Below, in pieces: positions 7,955 to 17,747 of a DNA stretch of 64,000 nt; position 1 is the first letter of the stretch; each line of letters opens with the position of its first letter. The notes under the pieces were generated by a model. It saw only the letters and a program-made list of their open reading frames with translations, made no database searches and was not told where the DNA came from. Location: IMG/VR virus record IMGVR_UViG_3300036715_003363. The stretch is one strand, 5' to 3'. The stretch is from a virus. The position numbers and the translations under genes are program-made.

Positions 7955-8898
7955 TGGAATCAAATTTAACAGATCTTAAGAAAGTTGTTCGAGTCGACGC
8001 CGGCGGTGGCGGTAGAGTAGCTCCAGATAACGTTAAGCCTTGGGGAAAGTCGAGCTCGCCACCGCAGCCCGGTGAGAAGAAGATTACAAAGGGCGGTGAT
8101 ACTCTTGACGATCACTTAGAGGGCGGTGATAAGAAACCAGATGTCCTTGATACTCCGGATGACTCTGATGAATTTAAACCTAGCGACGGCAGTGAAAAAA
8201 CCGAGCAAGAAAAAATTGCAGATATGAAGGAAAAGATTACAGGTGCTCTTCAGGAGGCTGAAAAGGCAAGGGGTAGCGGAGGAGGAGCTCCTCGTTGGTT
8301 TGATAAGAAAATTTTTGCTCCGAAAACAAACTGGAAGAAAGTTCTTCGCGATTATATCACAAAGAGTTCAAAGCATGCTTATGATTGGGGTCGCCCAAAT
8401 AAAAGAGCACTAGCTGCTGGCTATTACGCTCCAAAGAATACAACTTTAAAGAGTGATTTGGAGGCTGTGATTGCCATTGACACTTCTGGGTCCATGACAC
8501 AGCCAGTACTTACAACGTTTGTGAGTGAAATCGTTGGAATTGTTCGCTCAGTTAAAAACGCCAAGCTCACAATTCTTTTGTGGCATGATGAGGTTTACAG
8601 GCAATTCGAAATTGATTCTAGTAAAACTGATTCGGGAATGATTCCATCTGTAATTAACGCCGCCAATCCACAATCCGGCGGCACCAAATTAAGTTGTATT
8701 GATCAATACTTTAAAAAGAACGCAATTAAGACTGATAAATTAAACTTACTAATCCTCACTGACGGACAAGTTGAATCAAATCCAATTCTCCCAAGAACAC
8801 AAAAGAGACCTATTTTCCTTATTAACAGCGACTCCGGAACGGATGAAATGTTAAAGGGAAGGGGTGAAATATACTTTGTAGACATAGGACATAAATAA
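7954..8898 (+). CDS. VWA-domain protein (C-terminal half of DUF2201-like)
   Basis: W.RPN.R, AIDTSGSM (MIDAS DxSxS), GGT, ILTDG. Confidence 0.9.
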   Translation: MESNLTDLKKVVRVDAGGGGRVAPDNVKPWGKSSSPPQPGEKKITKGGDTLDDHLEGGDKKPDVLDTPDDSDEFKPSDGSEKTEQEKIADMKEKITGALQEAEKARGSGGGAPRWFDKKIFAPKTNWKKVLRDYITKSSKHAYDWGRPNKRALAAGYYAPKNTTLKSDLEAVIAIDTSGSMTQPVLTTFVSEIVGIVRSVKNAKLTILLWHDEVYRQFEIDSSKTDSGMIPSVINAANPQSGGTKLSCIDQYFKKNAIKTDKLNLLILTDGQVESNPILPRTQKRPIFLINSDSGTDEMLKGRGEIYFVDIGHK

Positions 8899-8918
8899 AA
8901 TAAATAAACAAACAAACA

Positions 8919-10601
8919 ATGTCAAAGAACAAATCAGAACTTAGAGGTCTTCAGTCCGCGTACTCGCGCGTTAACGAAGCAGACGAATCGTCAAACCCGG
9001 CAATTACCGCAGCTGCTCAACAGATTGCAGGAAAAGTTGAGGCGGGATTAAAGTCAAAGTCAAAGGCTCCCGTCGGACCAGCTAATCCGGAGAAAAAGAA
9101 GATTGGATATTTTGATGTTAAGAATCCTGGATCATGGTCTGCTGTGGAGACTCCTCCCGGTGATGAAGGATTTAACATTGGTACTTGGAACGGCTATAAG
9201 ACACTTGTCATTGACTTAGTTCGCGCCTATCACGCAGATCCAAAAGAGAATCTTCTCGTTTATGGTGATGCAGGTATCGGTAAGAGTGCAACTGTTCTTC
9301 AGGTTTGTAGAAGAATGGCTGAAGAAGAAGGCAAAGAGTTTGCAAATTGGGGTAAGTCTTCTTCTGAAAAGAAGATGGATATGATGAACCATCCTGAGAA
9401 ATATTTTGCATTAGTTGATATTCGTACTGCGGGTCTTGAGCCATCAGATATCGTTGGTATACCAAATATCAATTCAGCAAAGGATTACCTTGAAGTAAAG
9501 CAAGGTCCGTGGATCTATTTTATCTCGCGTCCTGAAGCTTCAGGATTTATTTTCTTTGATGAAATTAACCAGGGATCTGAGCAAGTTCTTAAGGCCTTCT
9601 TTGAGGTTGTGTACGATAAGTCCGCTGCTGGAACTCCGATTTCAGATCGCATGTCTATTGTTGCCGCTGGTAACCTTGGAGGCATTTATAACAATGCCGA
9701 TCTTCCTCCAGCTTTAACAGATCGCTTTACTGCTGGGTTCCTTATTGTTGATAGTCATGCATGGCTTCGTTGGGCTGAGGGAAGCGATGATGGCGATGAT
9801 GATGTTGATTCTCTCGTTGCAAGTACTTCACGACTTGCAACGGTTGCAAAAAATCCTGGATTAAAAGCTCCTCGACTTGATCCTCTTATTCTTGGATTTG
9901 TAAAATCTAATCCAACTGAAAACTTTAACTTTAAGCCAGTTCATGGGCAACCTTCAAACAAGCTTCCAACCCCTCGTAGTATGACTGCGCTTACAAGGTC
10001 TCTACACAAGATTTATCAGGACTACTATCACGTTGAAAACACTGAGGATTTTGCTCATTTTAATGCTGAACCAATGATGCAGGCCATGGCCAGAAAAGCA
10101 GCTCATATCTGCGGCCCTCACTGGGGTAATGCATTTATGGCCTTTGTTGAGCATATGTGGAAACTCACTCTAGAAAAAGTTCTCGGTCACGCTGAGCGTG
10201 GTGAGCTTGGAGCAAAATCTAAAGCATATGTTGGTGCTGGGATGACTCACGCAATCATGCGTTGGCTTACTGAGAAGATTCGTGTAACAGTTGAGAGCAT
10301 TAAGGCTGGAAACCCTGCTAATGCTGAAGATGAAAAGATTCTTACTGCAGTAGCTATTATTTCAAACCATCTTGCAAAAACTGCTCCGGAGTGGCTTGCA
10401 ACTCTCTGGTCAACGTTTAAATATGAAATGCCGGATGAATGGGCTGTGATTCTGGAGTATCTAGAAAGCGGCAAATATGATGATAAAATCAAAAAAGAAT
10501 TTAAGACTACAACACTCAATAAGCTAAAACTTTCAATTACTGATATTAGTAACATTACCTATGACTCAAACGGCCAGCCACAGCTTAAACCTAAAAAATA
10601 A
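8919..10601 (+). CDS. MoxR-like AAA+ ATPase
   Basis: Walker A GDAGIGKS, Walker B IFFDEINQ, AAGN, PPAL.DRF, PTPRS. Confidence 0.9.
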   Translation: MSKNKSELRGLQSAYSRVNEADESSNPAITAAAQQIAGKVEAGLKSKSKAPVGPANPEKKKIGYFDVKNPGSWSAVETPPGDEGFNIGTWNGYKTLVIDLVRAYHADPKENLLVYGDAGIGKSATVLQVCRRMAEEEGKEFANWGKSSSEKKMDMMNHPEKYFALVDIRTAGLEPSDIVGIPNINSAKDYLEVKQGPWIYFISRPEASGFIFFDEINQGSEQVLKAFFEVVYDKSAAGTPISDRMSIVAAGNLGGIYNNADLPPALTDRFTAGFLIVDSHAWLRWAEGSDDGDDDVDSLVASTSRLATVAKNPGLKAPRLDPLILGFVKSNPTENFNFKPVHGQPSNKLPTPRSMTALTRSLHKIYQDYYHVENTEDFAHFNAEPMMQAMARKAAHICGPHWGNAFMAFVEHMWKLTLEKVLGHAERGELGAKSKAYVGAGMTHAIMRWLTEKIRVTVESIKAGNPANAEDEKILTAVAIISNHLAKTAPEWLATLWSTFKYEMPDEWAVILEYLESGKYDDKIKKEFKTTTLNKLKLSITDISNITYDSNGQPQLKPKK

Positions 10602-10604
10602 TCA

Positions 10605-11072
10605 ATGAACAAAAAAGAATTAAAACATTTAGCAGAAGCTCACTACTTCACAGGTCAGAAACTATCTGACGAACAGTATAATGAATTAAGAGAATCAGAG
10701 TATTCTCATGTCATTGCAATTCGTTCAAAATTTGACGAACTTCTTCAAGAAGCTCTTCCGGAAGAAGTCTCTCATAAATTACCTGATGCGTATGCAAAAA
10801 GAAAACATTCTGGGTTTCATGTTGGAGTTGATAAAAATGCCGCTGATCATCTTATTGATACTGTTGAGGATCATTTCAATCTTGGTATTACCAACACATC
10901 AACTCGCAAGTATTTATCTGTTAACATCGAAGAGCTAAAGAGCTTTATTCTTAATCATATCGACGATGAAGGAGTAGATAAAGTTACGAGCGAACATGCT
11001 CATAATATTGTTGATAAGCAGGGTGCTGATGTATATGATGTTATGAAGGGATTGTATTCTCTCGGCTCGTAA
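10605..11072 (+). CDS. Hypothetical protein
   Basis: 155-aa ORF continuing the operon; LAEAHY leader. Confidence 0.7.
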   Translation: MNKKELKHLAEAHYFTGQKLSDEQYNELRESEYSHVIAIRSKFDELLQEALPEEVSHKLPDAYAKRKHSGFHVGVDKNAADHLIDTVEDHFNLGITNTSTRKYLSVNIEELKSFILNHIDDEGVDKVTSEHAHNIVDKQGADVYDVMKGLYSLGS

Positions 11073-11092
11073 TTGATTAAGCGCGAATACTG

Positions 11093-12091
11093 CTAGCGAG
11101 ATTTAAACTTAACTTCAGCATCAAGTCCTTTAAAGGAGTTCTTAACAAAGAACGAGTATGGTATTTCATCTGTTGATAAATGACAACAAATTTCATTTAC
11201 ATCTTTAAACTTACTCATCTTCTTAGGCCATATTAGTACGCGCCCACCGCGCTTAATTGTTTTAATAACTTGAGATTCCATCTCTTCGTTGTTTTTATCA
11301 TTATCAAAAACATATATAACTTCATGTCCAATACATGTTTCTAAAAATTGATTCTGTCTATCTGTTCTTTTTGCTCCGCCAACAGCAACTCCATTTTTGC
11401 AAAACATGGCGTCAATCGGCCCCTCAAAAACGAAAATGTATGGAATGTCTTCTGATATTGTGTTTTCGCCGTATAGACACTTTTCTCCATACTTTGTAAG
11501 ATATTTTGCGTCATTAGTATCAAGTAATAATCTTGATTGATAGCTTCCAATTTTTCCAGTGTTTGAGTAAAACGGAATAATAAGTCTATCCTTATGCACA
11601 AAGTCATCAAAGGAGAGATATAATGATTTTGGTCTATTAACAGCAGTATCTAATCTCCTATCTTTAATGTAGTTCATAGCTCTCAGAACAATATCTCTAT
11701 GAAAGCTTTCAATATAATAACTGACTTGTTTCTCATCAAATAGATTTACGGAGTCTTCTGGAATTGCTGGAACTATTTTTTTCGGAGTTCTGTCTTCCTC
11801 TCTAAGCATTTCCGAGGTGGTGTCGTAGCTTTCAGATTCGCGACATATTTCACTAAAGCTCTTTTGTGTTACTTCTTTTAGCCATTCAATTTCATTCCAA
11901 GAGCGAGTGCAGTTAAAACAATAAAAGAATCTATCTCTAGGATAGTAGAATAGTCTTCTCTTTCGTCCTGCTGAGGAGCCCTCATTGCATACACAGCATT
12001 CCGCGTTGTAATCGCCTTGATACTTTTTGTATGTAGGTCTCTTACAGTACGTATAAAACGCTTGTATAACGTAGCTTTGAGGTAGTTCCAC
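11093..12091 (-). CDS. DNA primase (T4 gp61-like)
   Basis: N-terminal Zn knuckle CCVC...CFNC; LIIPF, KYL, TOPRIM VFEGPIDAMF and FDND; GTG start. Confidence 0.92.
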   Translation of the reverse strand: MELPQSYVIQAFYTYCKRPTYKKYQGDYNAECCVCNEGSSAGRKRRLFYYPRDRFFYCFNCTRSWNEIEWLKEVTQKSFSEICRESESYDTTSEMLREEDRTPKKIVPAIPEDSVNLFDEKQVSYYIESFHRDIVLRAMNYIKDRRLDTAVNRPKSLYLSFDDFVHKDRLIIPFYSNTGKIGSYQSRLLLDTNDAKYLTKYGEKCLYGENTISEDIPYIFVFEGPIDAMFCKNGVAVGGAKRTDRQNQFLETCIGHEVIYVFDNDKNNEEMESQVIKTIKRGGRVLIWPKKMSKFKDVNEICCHLSTDEIPYSFFVKNSFKGLDAEVKFKSR

Positions 12092-12121
12092 ACCTCATTA
12101 TAATCTCAAATTAGATTAATT

Positions 12122-12547
12122 CTAGCGAAAAGCTCTCTGAGAGGTTGACTGATTGATATTACCTGCTACAATATCGCGCTTGCGCTTCGAAGAATTAATA
12201 ATAAAGCCCTTCAGTGTTTCAGATAGAGAGCGAACTGATTCGGCGATGCTGATAATGTCAGAGGATGTCTCGCGCGAGATTCCTTGAAATACACTTCCAG
12301 CGACGTCAATATCATTTACATACTGCTGTAGAGATCCGCCTTCAGTACTATTTAGTTCATCAGCAAATGTCTCAAGCTTTTCAATATACTCTTCAATTGA
12401 AGTTCCGCCTTCATGTGATGGTGATGTTGGAACTGGAGCAGGCTCAACATCGTATCCGTCTGGCACTGGTTCGTCGTCATTGTGTACCTCTGGAAGTTCT
12501 AGATCTTTAGATTCGAACAGATAATTGTATAGTGCATTAAACTTCAT
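12122..12547 (-). CDS. Hypothetical late protein with MKFNALYNYLFES leader
   Basis: Probable start 12547; TAAGTA upstream. Confidence 0.75.
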   Translation of the reverse strand: MKFNALYNYLFESKDLELPEVHNDDEPVPDGYDVEPAPVPTSPSHEGGTSIEEYIEKLETFADELNSTEGGSLQQYVNDIDVAGSVFQGISRETSSDIISIAESVRSLSETLKGFIINSSKRKRDIVAGNINQSTSQRAFR

Positions 12548-12568
12548 AATAGCTAAGTATATATACTT

Positions 12569-12925
12569 ATGCATCTATGGGATAAGATCATTATAAATTC
12601 TCTCTCAATTACTAGTTTATTAATAATTTGGTTTAAAACTGACGCGTTTGTTAGTTACTGTCAGCTCTTTAATTGGTTGAATCCAATCAAAGACTATATT
12701 GCGAATCCAACAGAATTAAGTTATCCTCAGTTTTTATACATTAACAAAGACCTTTTAGCTAAAAATAAAACAAACTTGTTTCTCATTAAGCTCATCAGTT
12801 GTCCCTTGTGTGTAACGCTCTGGCTGAGTCTTGCTATATGTACTATAACAGGAGTACCCTTTCTTTTTTTGGCTGTATACTGCGCTGCTCTTATAGTATA
12901 TCAATTAACATCTAGGATAATTTGA
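12569..12925 (+). CDS. Small membrane protein with CxxC (DUF1360-like)
   Basis: Hydrophobic helices flanking LISCPLCVTLWLS. Confidence 0.6.
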   Translation: MHLWDKIIINSLSITSLLIIWFKTDAFVSYCQLFNWLNPIKDYIANPTELSYPQFLYINKDLLAKNKTNLFLIKLISCPLCVTLWLSLAICTITGVPFLFLAVYCAALIVYQLTSRII

Positions 12926-13696
12926 TAAAATAGCTGCGCACTCGTCTTGTAGATCGTTAGTATCAATTACTTTATAACTGTCATTATCGGAATTGAACCA
13001 AACAACTGAATGTTTTGCAATTTTTACGCATGTATACTTTTCAATAAAATGCTTATACAATGAAAGCTGAAGACTGTATGTATTAAATTCACAGCTATCA
13101 AGATAAGAAACTGGATCTAATAATTTTTCACCCCATGGATTAACAGTCTTAATGTTTTTATTAGTTTTAATATCCAACAGCTCAAACGTATCATTTTCAA
13201 TGTTATACATTAGTAAGTCTAACATGCCACAAATTTTTGTATTATCAATATCACCAACAATAAATTCATTCTTAATTGGCATCAATACACTTTTTGTATC
13301 ATTAAAAAAAGTGTAGAACTGCTTAATGAGATATGGAATTTCGCTTCGTAGCTCTGCGTGCAAATTAACACCAAGCTCTCTTTCAACTTTTCCTTTATCG
13401 TAAGGAACAAATTTATTTGAGTAGTAATTCTCAATGTAATTATGAATTATTGATCCCTTTGTTGTTGAATACAAATTTCCAATTCTCCAAATTTCCTTTT
13501 GCTCTTCAGGAGTAATTCCAGCTTTTTTAGCTGAAATTTCAGCCCATTTATCAAGCTCAAAGACAGGTTTACATCTTTCGAGTACACCAGTAACAGATTT
13601 GTTAGCTGATGGTTTTCCGTCTACTAAGTAAATATGTGTACCGCTTTTAAAAGTTACACGGTCAAATACTCGTAGACTTATTAGTTCTTTTTTCAT
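12905..13696 (-). CDS. PD-(D/E)XK exonuclease
   Basis: SVT, G..IHNYIE, CGMLDLL, LLDIKT, Y.LQLSLY. Confidence 0.88.
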   Translation of the reverse strand: MKKELISLRVFDRVTFKSGTHIYLVDGKPSANKSVTGVLERCKPVFELDKWAEISAKKAGITPEEQKEIWRIGNLYSTTKGSIIHNYIENYYSNKFVPYDKGKVERELGVNLHAELRSEIPYLIKQFYTFFNDTKSVLMPIKNEFIVGDIDNTKICGMLDLLMYNIENDTFELLDIKTNKNIKTVNPWGEKLLDPVSYLDSCEFNTYSLQLSLYKHFIEKYTCVKIAKHSVVWFNSDNDSYKVIDTNDLQDECAAILSNYPRC

Positions 13697-14321
13697 TTAT
13701 TTTTTTAATTGGGCATTTACAAAGCTTAAAAATACTGCAACCTTCACAGTTCTTGCCGTTGTTAAGAAAGATGTGTGGTCTGTGACATGAAGAGTGAGTT
13801 AGTGATTCAACATCTTTTGCATTTTTCATATTGAGAAACGTTGGTACTTTATCTCTGTTAACTGCATACTTTGCTCTTACTGCAGAATCCGACATAAAAT
13901 CTTCTATAAAAGAGTTTGTAAGTTTTTTCTCTTTGCGCCTCTTAACTTTTTCGCGATCTTTAATTTTAGGAGCGTAGCACCTTAAAAATTTTAAAGGTAG
14001 GTCTGTTTTATCCTTACAGTTAAATTTGTTTCTTATTTCGTATTCAGTGTAGCCTTCTTTAAGAAGTTTTATTGCTTCTTTACAGACGTAATATTGAACG
14101 TAGTCCGAAGAGGAGGGAAACTTAAGTTTAAGCGATCGAGCTTCAAGCTGCGCTTTTGAAATTTTAAAAGTTTGCCCAGTTAAAATACAAACACATACTG
14201 GTCGAAGAGGTTTCTTTACAACTTTTAGTTTCTTTACAACTTTCTTAGACGAAAGTTTTCTTAGTGACTTTTTTTTGATTAAGACTTTTTTCTTATTAAC
14301 TGGTTTCTTCTTTGTAGCCAT
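13662..14321 (-). CDS. Lys-rich putative zinc-binding protein, paralog of 2205-2648
   Basis: Basic N-terminus; CILTG; C-terminal SC.RP.IFLNNGKNCEGC..FKLC.CP. Confidence 0.8.
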   Translation of the reverse strand: MATKKKPVNKKKVLIKKKSLRKLSSKKVVKKLKVVKKPLRPVCVCILTGQTFKISKAQLEARSLKLKFPSSSDYVQYYVCKEAIKLLKEGYTEYEIRNKFNCKDKTDLPLKFLRCYAPKIKDREKVKRRKEKKLTNSFIEDFMSDSAVRAKYAVNRDKVPTFLNMKNAKDVESLTHSSCHRPHIFLNNGKNCEGCSIFKLCKCPIKKINEKRTNKSTSI

Positions 14322-14346
14322 TGTATTATATGTGCTCCGCGGAGGA

Positions 14347-14374
14347 AAAGGGCCCTCCCGGAGAAGGGCCCTTT
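14347..14374 (-). terminator. GC-rich hairpin, probable intrinsic terminator of 14378-14602
   Basis: AAAGGGCCCT-cccggaga-AGGGCCCTTT 10-bp stem 4 nt past the stop; short U tract. Confidence 0.6.
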
Positions 14375-14377
14375 CGA

Positions 14378-14602
14378 TTAACGACTCTCCTTAACGCGTG
14401 CAAAGCGACCATTATTGTCACGAACGTTGTAATAACGCTCCTGAAGAACGACGGTGTTGGTGCGATCGATGAAGCCAATGAATTCATACTTCGAGGTATC
14501 AAGATAATGGTCAACGATGCTCTCTTTAACGTAACGAGGTGCAATGGAGTCAATATTAAATCCAGCGATTTCACTAAGGTTCTTTGTGGTCATGTTGTTC
14601 AT
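14378..14602 (-). CDS. Hypothetical 74-aa protein
   Basis: Fills gap between minus-strand genes; CATAAT 5 nt upstream; followed by hairpin. Confidence 0.65.
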   Translation of the reverse strand: MNNMTTKNLSEIAGFNIDSIAPRYVKESIVDHYLDTSKYEFIGFIDRTNTVVLQERYYNVRDNNGRFARVKESR

Positions 14603-14634
14603 GAAGTATTATGTTATATGCTTATAAGTGAATA

Positions 14635-15801
14635 TCAACGGAACCCCATGCGCTTTTCTTCTTTAATTAAAGGAGTTGAGGTGTTTTCAACGTTTAGGTT
14701 GAAAATATCTGCTAGTGAAAGAGGTTCTTTTACAACATAGTCTCCACCAATTTCTTCAATGAGTTTCTTTGCCGTTGGCACGCTGAGTTTTTCAAACGCG
14801 TACTCTTTTTTGAGTCTGCCTTTGCGGAGAAGAGCAGCATCAAGCTCGTGGCGCGGATTGTTATAGGTCGCAATGATTGATACGTTAAAGATGTCTCCCA
14901 TAATTCCGTCTGTAAGGTTTAAGATGGTTGATACGAGTGATGAGCTGTCTCCTGCGTCTCTTTGTAATAGAGCCTTTTCAGCATCTTCGATAACAATAAC
15001 GCAGTGTTTTTTGTTTAGAAGTGCAGGGATAAATGCAGGGTCAGTAATTGCATCAATGAAGTTCGTTGGAACATAAATTACATTTCTGCTAATGACAGAG
15101 GAAAGATACTTAATGTATGTTGTTTTTCCTGTCCCTGGAGGGCCGTGAAGAAGGTATAGACCGCTTTTATTTTTGCTTAGACTACTTACGATTTGTTTAC
15201 TAATTTCAGCAAACTCTGGTTCATAGTGAGTGTTAATATTATAACTATCAGGAAGAGATACTTCAAAGGGTTCAAACGCAAAACCCTTTGAAGTTTTAAT
15301 AATTGTGTAGATTACGGACTTGAAGTCTGGTGTATATATAAACTGTTCAAAATCTTCAATTGGTGCCTTAGTGCCTGGGCAGTGAAAGATTGTAATTGAT
15401 AGTTTAAGAGATTCATCCTTTAACGACTTTGATTTTTTTGTTACGATTTCAATGATGCAATCTTTATAGGAAAATCTCGCGATGTAATCATTACCAGCTA
15501 CATCCCAGTCGGTTAGAAAGCAATCGTCACTATCGTATCTTTCTCTCGCGGGCATTTTATTTTTTGTTGGAGTAGCGGAAAGAAAGTCAGAGATAAGCTC
15601 GCCGTTATCTCTGAGATAACTTAAAGCTTCAAGAGAATAATCATCACCGGAATAAAGAGTGCATGGAATCATTCCATGCTTATGCTGAAACAGAATTCCG
15701 ATAGCAAGGTCTTGTGTACCGTGTCTTGTACTAAACATTTCGATAGTCTTGCTAACTTTAAACGGCTTTCCTACTCCAGTTTGAAGAATATTGTTGTTCA
15801 T
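14635..15801 (-). CDS. AAA ATPase (BCS1/AAA-like)
   Basis: GPPGTGKT, IVIEDAE, LN.TDG, LD.ALLRKGRL. Confidence 0.9.
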   Translation of the reverse strand: MNNNILQTGVGKPFKVSKTIEMFSTRHGTQDLAIGILFQHKHGMIPCTLYSGDDYSLEALSYLRDNGELISDFLSATPTKNKMPARERYDSDDCFLTDWDVAGNDYIARFSYKDCIIEIVTKKSKSLKDESLKLSITIFHCPGTKAPIEDFEQFIYTPDFKSVIYTIIKTSKGFAFEPFEVSLPDSYNINTHYEPEFAEISKQIVSSLSKNKSGLYLLHGPPGTGKTTYIKYLSSVISRNVIYVPTNFIDAITDPAFIPALLNKKHCVIVIEDAEKALLQRDAGDSSSLVSTILNLTDGIMGDIFNVSIIATYNNPRHELDAALLRKGRLKKEYAFEKLSVPTAKKLIEEIGGDYVVKEPLSLADIFNLNVENTSTPLIKEEKRMGFR

Positions 15802-15802
15802 A

Positions 15803-16873
15803 TTATTTCATGAAAGGATTTGGAGGAACCTCTCTAAGCTCAGGGCCTTTAAAAAAGAGTTCGGAGGCAAAGCGGTTAATTTCAAGTCGAGCTCTTGAAT
15901 CCTTTTCGCCTAGTTTGTGTGACGCAACAAACGTGAGAGCATTGAACAGATCATAGCTGTTAACGTTTGATGTTGCACTACTCTTCCAACGAGCGTTTTT
16001 ACTTGCAAGATTTACTCCAGCACCAGCATATGCATTAACAATTGAAGTGTCGTCGAAGATACCTCCTTGATCAAGAGCGTTATCAAAGCCTTTTGCGAGT
16101 TTTTGCGCAATAAAATACTCTCTAAGAGAGGCTGCACTCTCAAGAAGTCTCTTTCCATTTTTTATTACATCCTTTGTTCCTTCCGCACCAGATGCATACG
16201 GCGCAATTTGACGGTTAAATGTTCGTTGTGTTAAATCTTTTGAGATAACAAAGCGTTGTGTCATTTGGTGTACAGCCTTCATTCCGTTTGCACAGATGAG
16301 ACGGATATAGAATGGATACGTCTGAAACTTATTTAACCCTGCGGTTGTTCCAAAGCCTCCTTCCCAAATATCTTTTCCGTCTCCAAATACATCGATTGAA
16401 AAACTCGGTGAACGAAAATCAGTATGAACTGAAAGATCGACCGGATTAAAATACATTGAAGATAGAGTAAGATCTTCAGTATGTGTTTTTAGAAAATTTT
16501 CCGTGTATTGAAGACTTTTTGAAAGATCAATAAACCCGTCATTTTCTTCTCGATAAGAAACGATTTGCGAGACCTCTTTACACTTTGTGTTGATAACTGC
16601 AGTAACCTTTATATCTTCTTTAATACAAGCAAGTGCTTCATGAAGAGGCTCCCATTGCTCTGCATCATCTTTAATGTCATCAACAAGACTCTTCTTAACG
16701 CCAAGAAGGCTTAGAAGGCCCTCAATTGACTGTTCAGTAAACTTATTTCCGTTAACAATAAATGTGTCTTTATTTTTCTGAATATCCGAAACACTTAAAT
16801 GAACTAAACGATATTCATCGATAGTGCTTTGAACTTTTTCTTTTGCGGCGACGTACCTGTCAATTGTTTTCAT
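15803..16873 (-). CDS. DUF932/DUF945-like protein
   Basis: IRLICANGM and SYDLFNALT motifs. Confidence 0.55.
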   Translation of the reverse strand: MKTIDRYVAAKEKVQSTIDEYRLVHLSVSDIQKNKDTFIVNGNKFTEQSIEGLLSLLGVKKSLVDDIKDDAEQWEPLHEALACIKEDIKVTAVINTKCKEVSQIVSYREENDGFIDLSKSLQYTENFLKTHTEDLTLSSMYFNPVDLSVHTDFRSPSFSIDVFGDGKDIWEGGFGTTAGLNKFQTYPFYIRLICANGMKAVHQMTQRFVISKDLTQRTFNRQIAPYASGAEGTKDVIKNGKRLLESAASLREYFIAQKLAKGFDNALDQGGIFDDTSIVNAYAGAGVNLASKNARWKSSATSNVNSYDLFNALTFVASHKLGEKDSRARLEINRFASELFFKGPELREVPPNPFMK

Positions 16874-16927
16874 GCCCCCATTATAGGGGAGTATGAATTA
16901 AGCTCCAGCTTTTTTTTGTAGAGTTTT

Positions 16928-17125
16928 TTACTTTGTACTCTTTTTCTCTTTACGGGAATTTTTTTCCTCTTGGATGTTTTTTCTCTCTTCTCTTCCGTAT
17001 TTGATAATATCCTGAAGAACTTTTCTTGCACGAGCACCTGCTGCATTATTTCCACTATAAAATTTTTCAGCTTCAATAGCAAAATTAGAGGCTAGTTCTG
17101 TTAGACTTGTTGATGTGTTGGGCAT
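16928..17125 (-). CDS. Small basic histone H1-like (Hc1-type) nucleoprotein
   Basis: Probable start MPNT; EAEKF..GN.AAG.RARK.L..I.K...E.RK.IQE.KN. Confidence 0.7.
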   Translation of the reverse strand: MPNTSTSLTELASNFAIEAEKFYSGNNAAGARARKVLQDIIKYGREERKNIQEEKNSRKEKKSTK

Positions 17126-17163
17126 AGTACAGTACTTAATATTACATAAATATAAAATCAACA

Positions 17164-17340
17164 ATGAAATCGTTTAAATATTTTTTTGAATCAAAAGCAT
17201 TTAAAGTGTCACCTGAGAGAGTCGAGGATAATATCATTGATATCTCTCATGTAAAAGAGAGAAAACGCTTTGCACCTCCTACAAAAAAGTTTAAAAATAA
17301 GACAAAATACTCAAGGAGTAAGGTCAAAAACGAGGTGTAA
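17164..17340 (+). CDS. Small basic protein (58 aa) with MKSFKYFFE leader
   Basis: Hand translation ends RKRFAPPTKKFKNKTKYSRSKVKNEV; TAAATA at 17146-17151. Confidence 0.6.
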   Translation: MKSFKYFFESKAFKVSPERVEDNIIDISHVKERKRFAPPTKKFKNKTKYSRSKVKNEV

Positions 17341-17388
17341 CTTCAATTACATCTATTGTAAACGAATTAAGTATCCACTTTAACTGTT

Positions 17389-17688
17389 TTACCAATCAAC
17401 AAGCCCGAACACTTCTTTAGGCTCAGACGACTGTTGCCACTGATCTTCACTAACCAGTTTTTTCCCCATTATATACTCAAGGGTTGATTGAAGCTCCTTT
17501 TGACTCGTTACTTCATAACTAAGATATGTGCCGTCTGGCAATGTGTGAACAATTTCTGCGGAATCTAAATCTGTGCTCAACTCAACCACAATTTCTCCTA
17601 CTTTTTCATCTTTAAATGAATATGTGAAGAATCTTTCATCTTGTACTCCATTAAATTCAAAGTTGATATTATCAATATACTTTTTCAT
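17389..17688 (-). CDS. Hypothetical protein
   Basis: 99-aa acidic ORF. Confidence 0.7.
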   Translation of the reverse strand: MKKYIDNINFEFNGVQDERFFTYSFKDEKVGEIVVELSTDLDSAEIVHTLPDGTYLSYEVTSQKELQSTLEYIMGKKLVSEDQWQQSSEPKEVFGLVDW

Positions 17689-17747
17689 GCATTTTTTTTG
17701 GTGTTTACTGTTGTCATTTTATGTGGGTTATAAATTATTGCAACTGC

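Noticed and set aside
14321-14740. Plus-strand 139-aa ORF and minus-strand 14326-14574
   Set aside because: Shadows of 14378-14602 and the AAA gene end; cross a terminator-like hairpin; no motifs.
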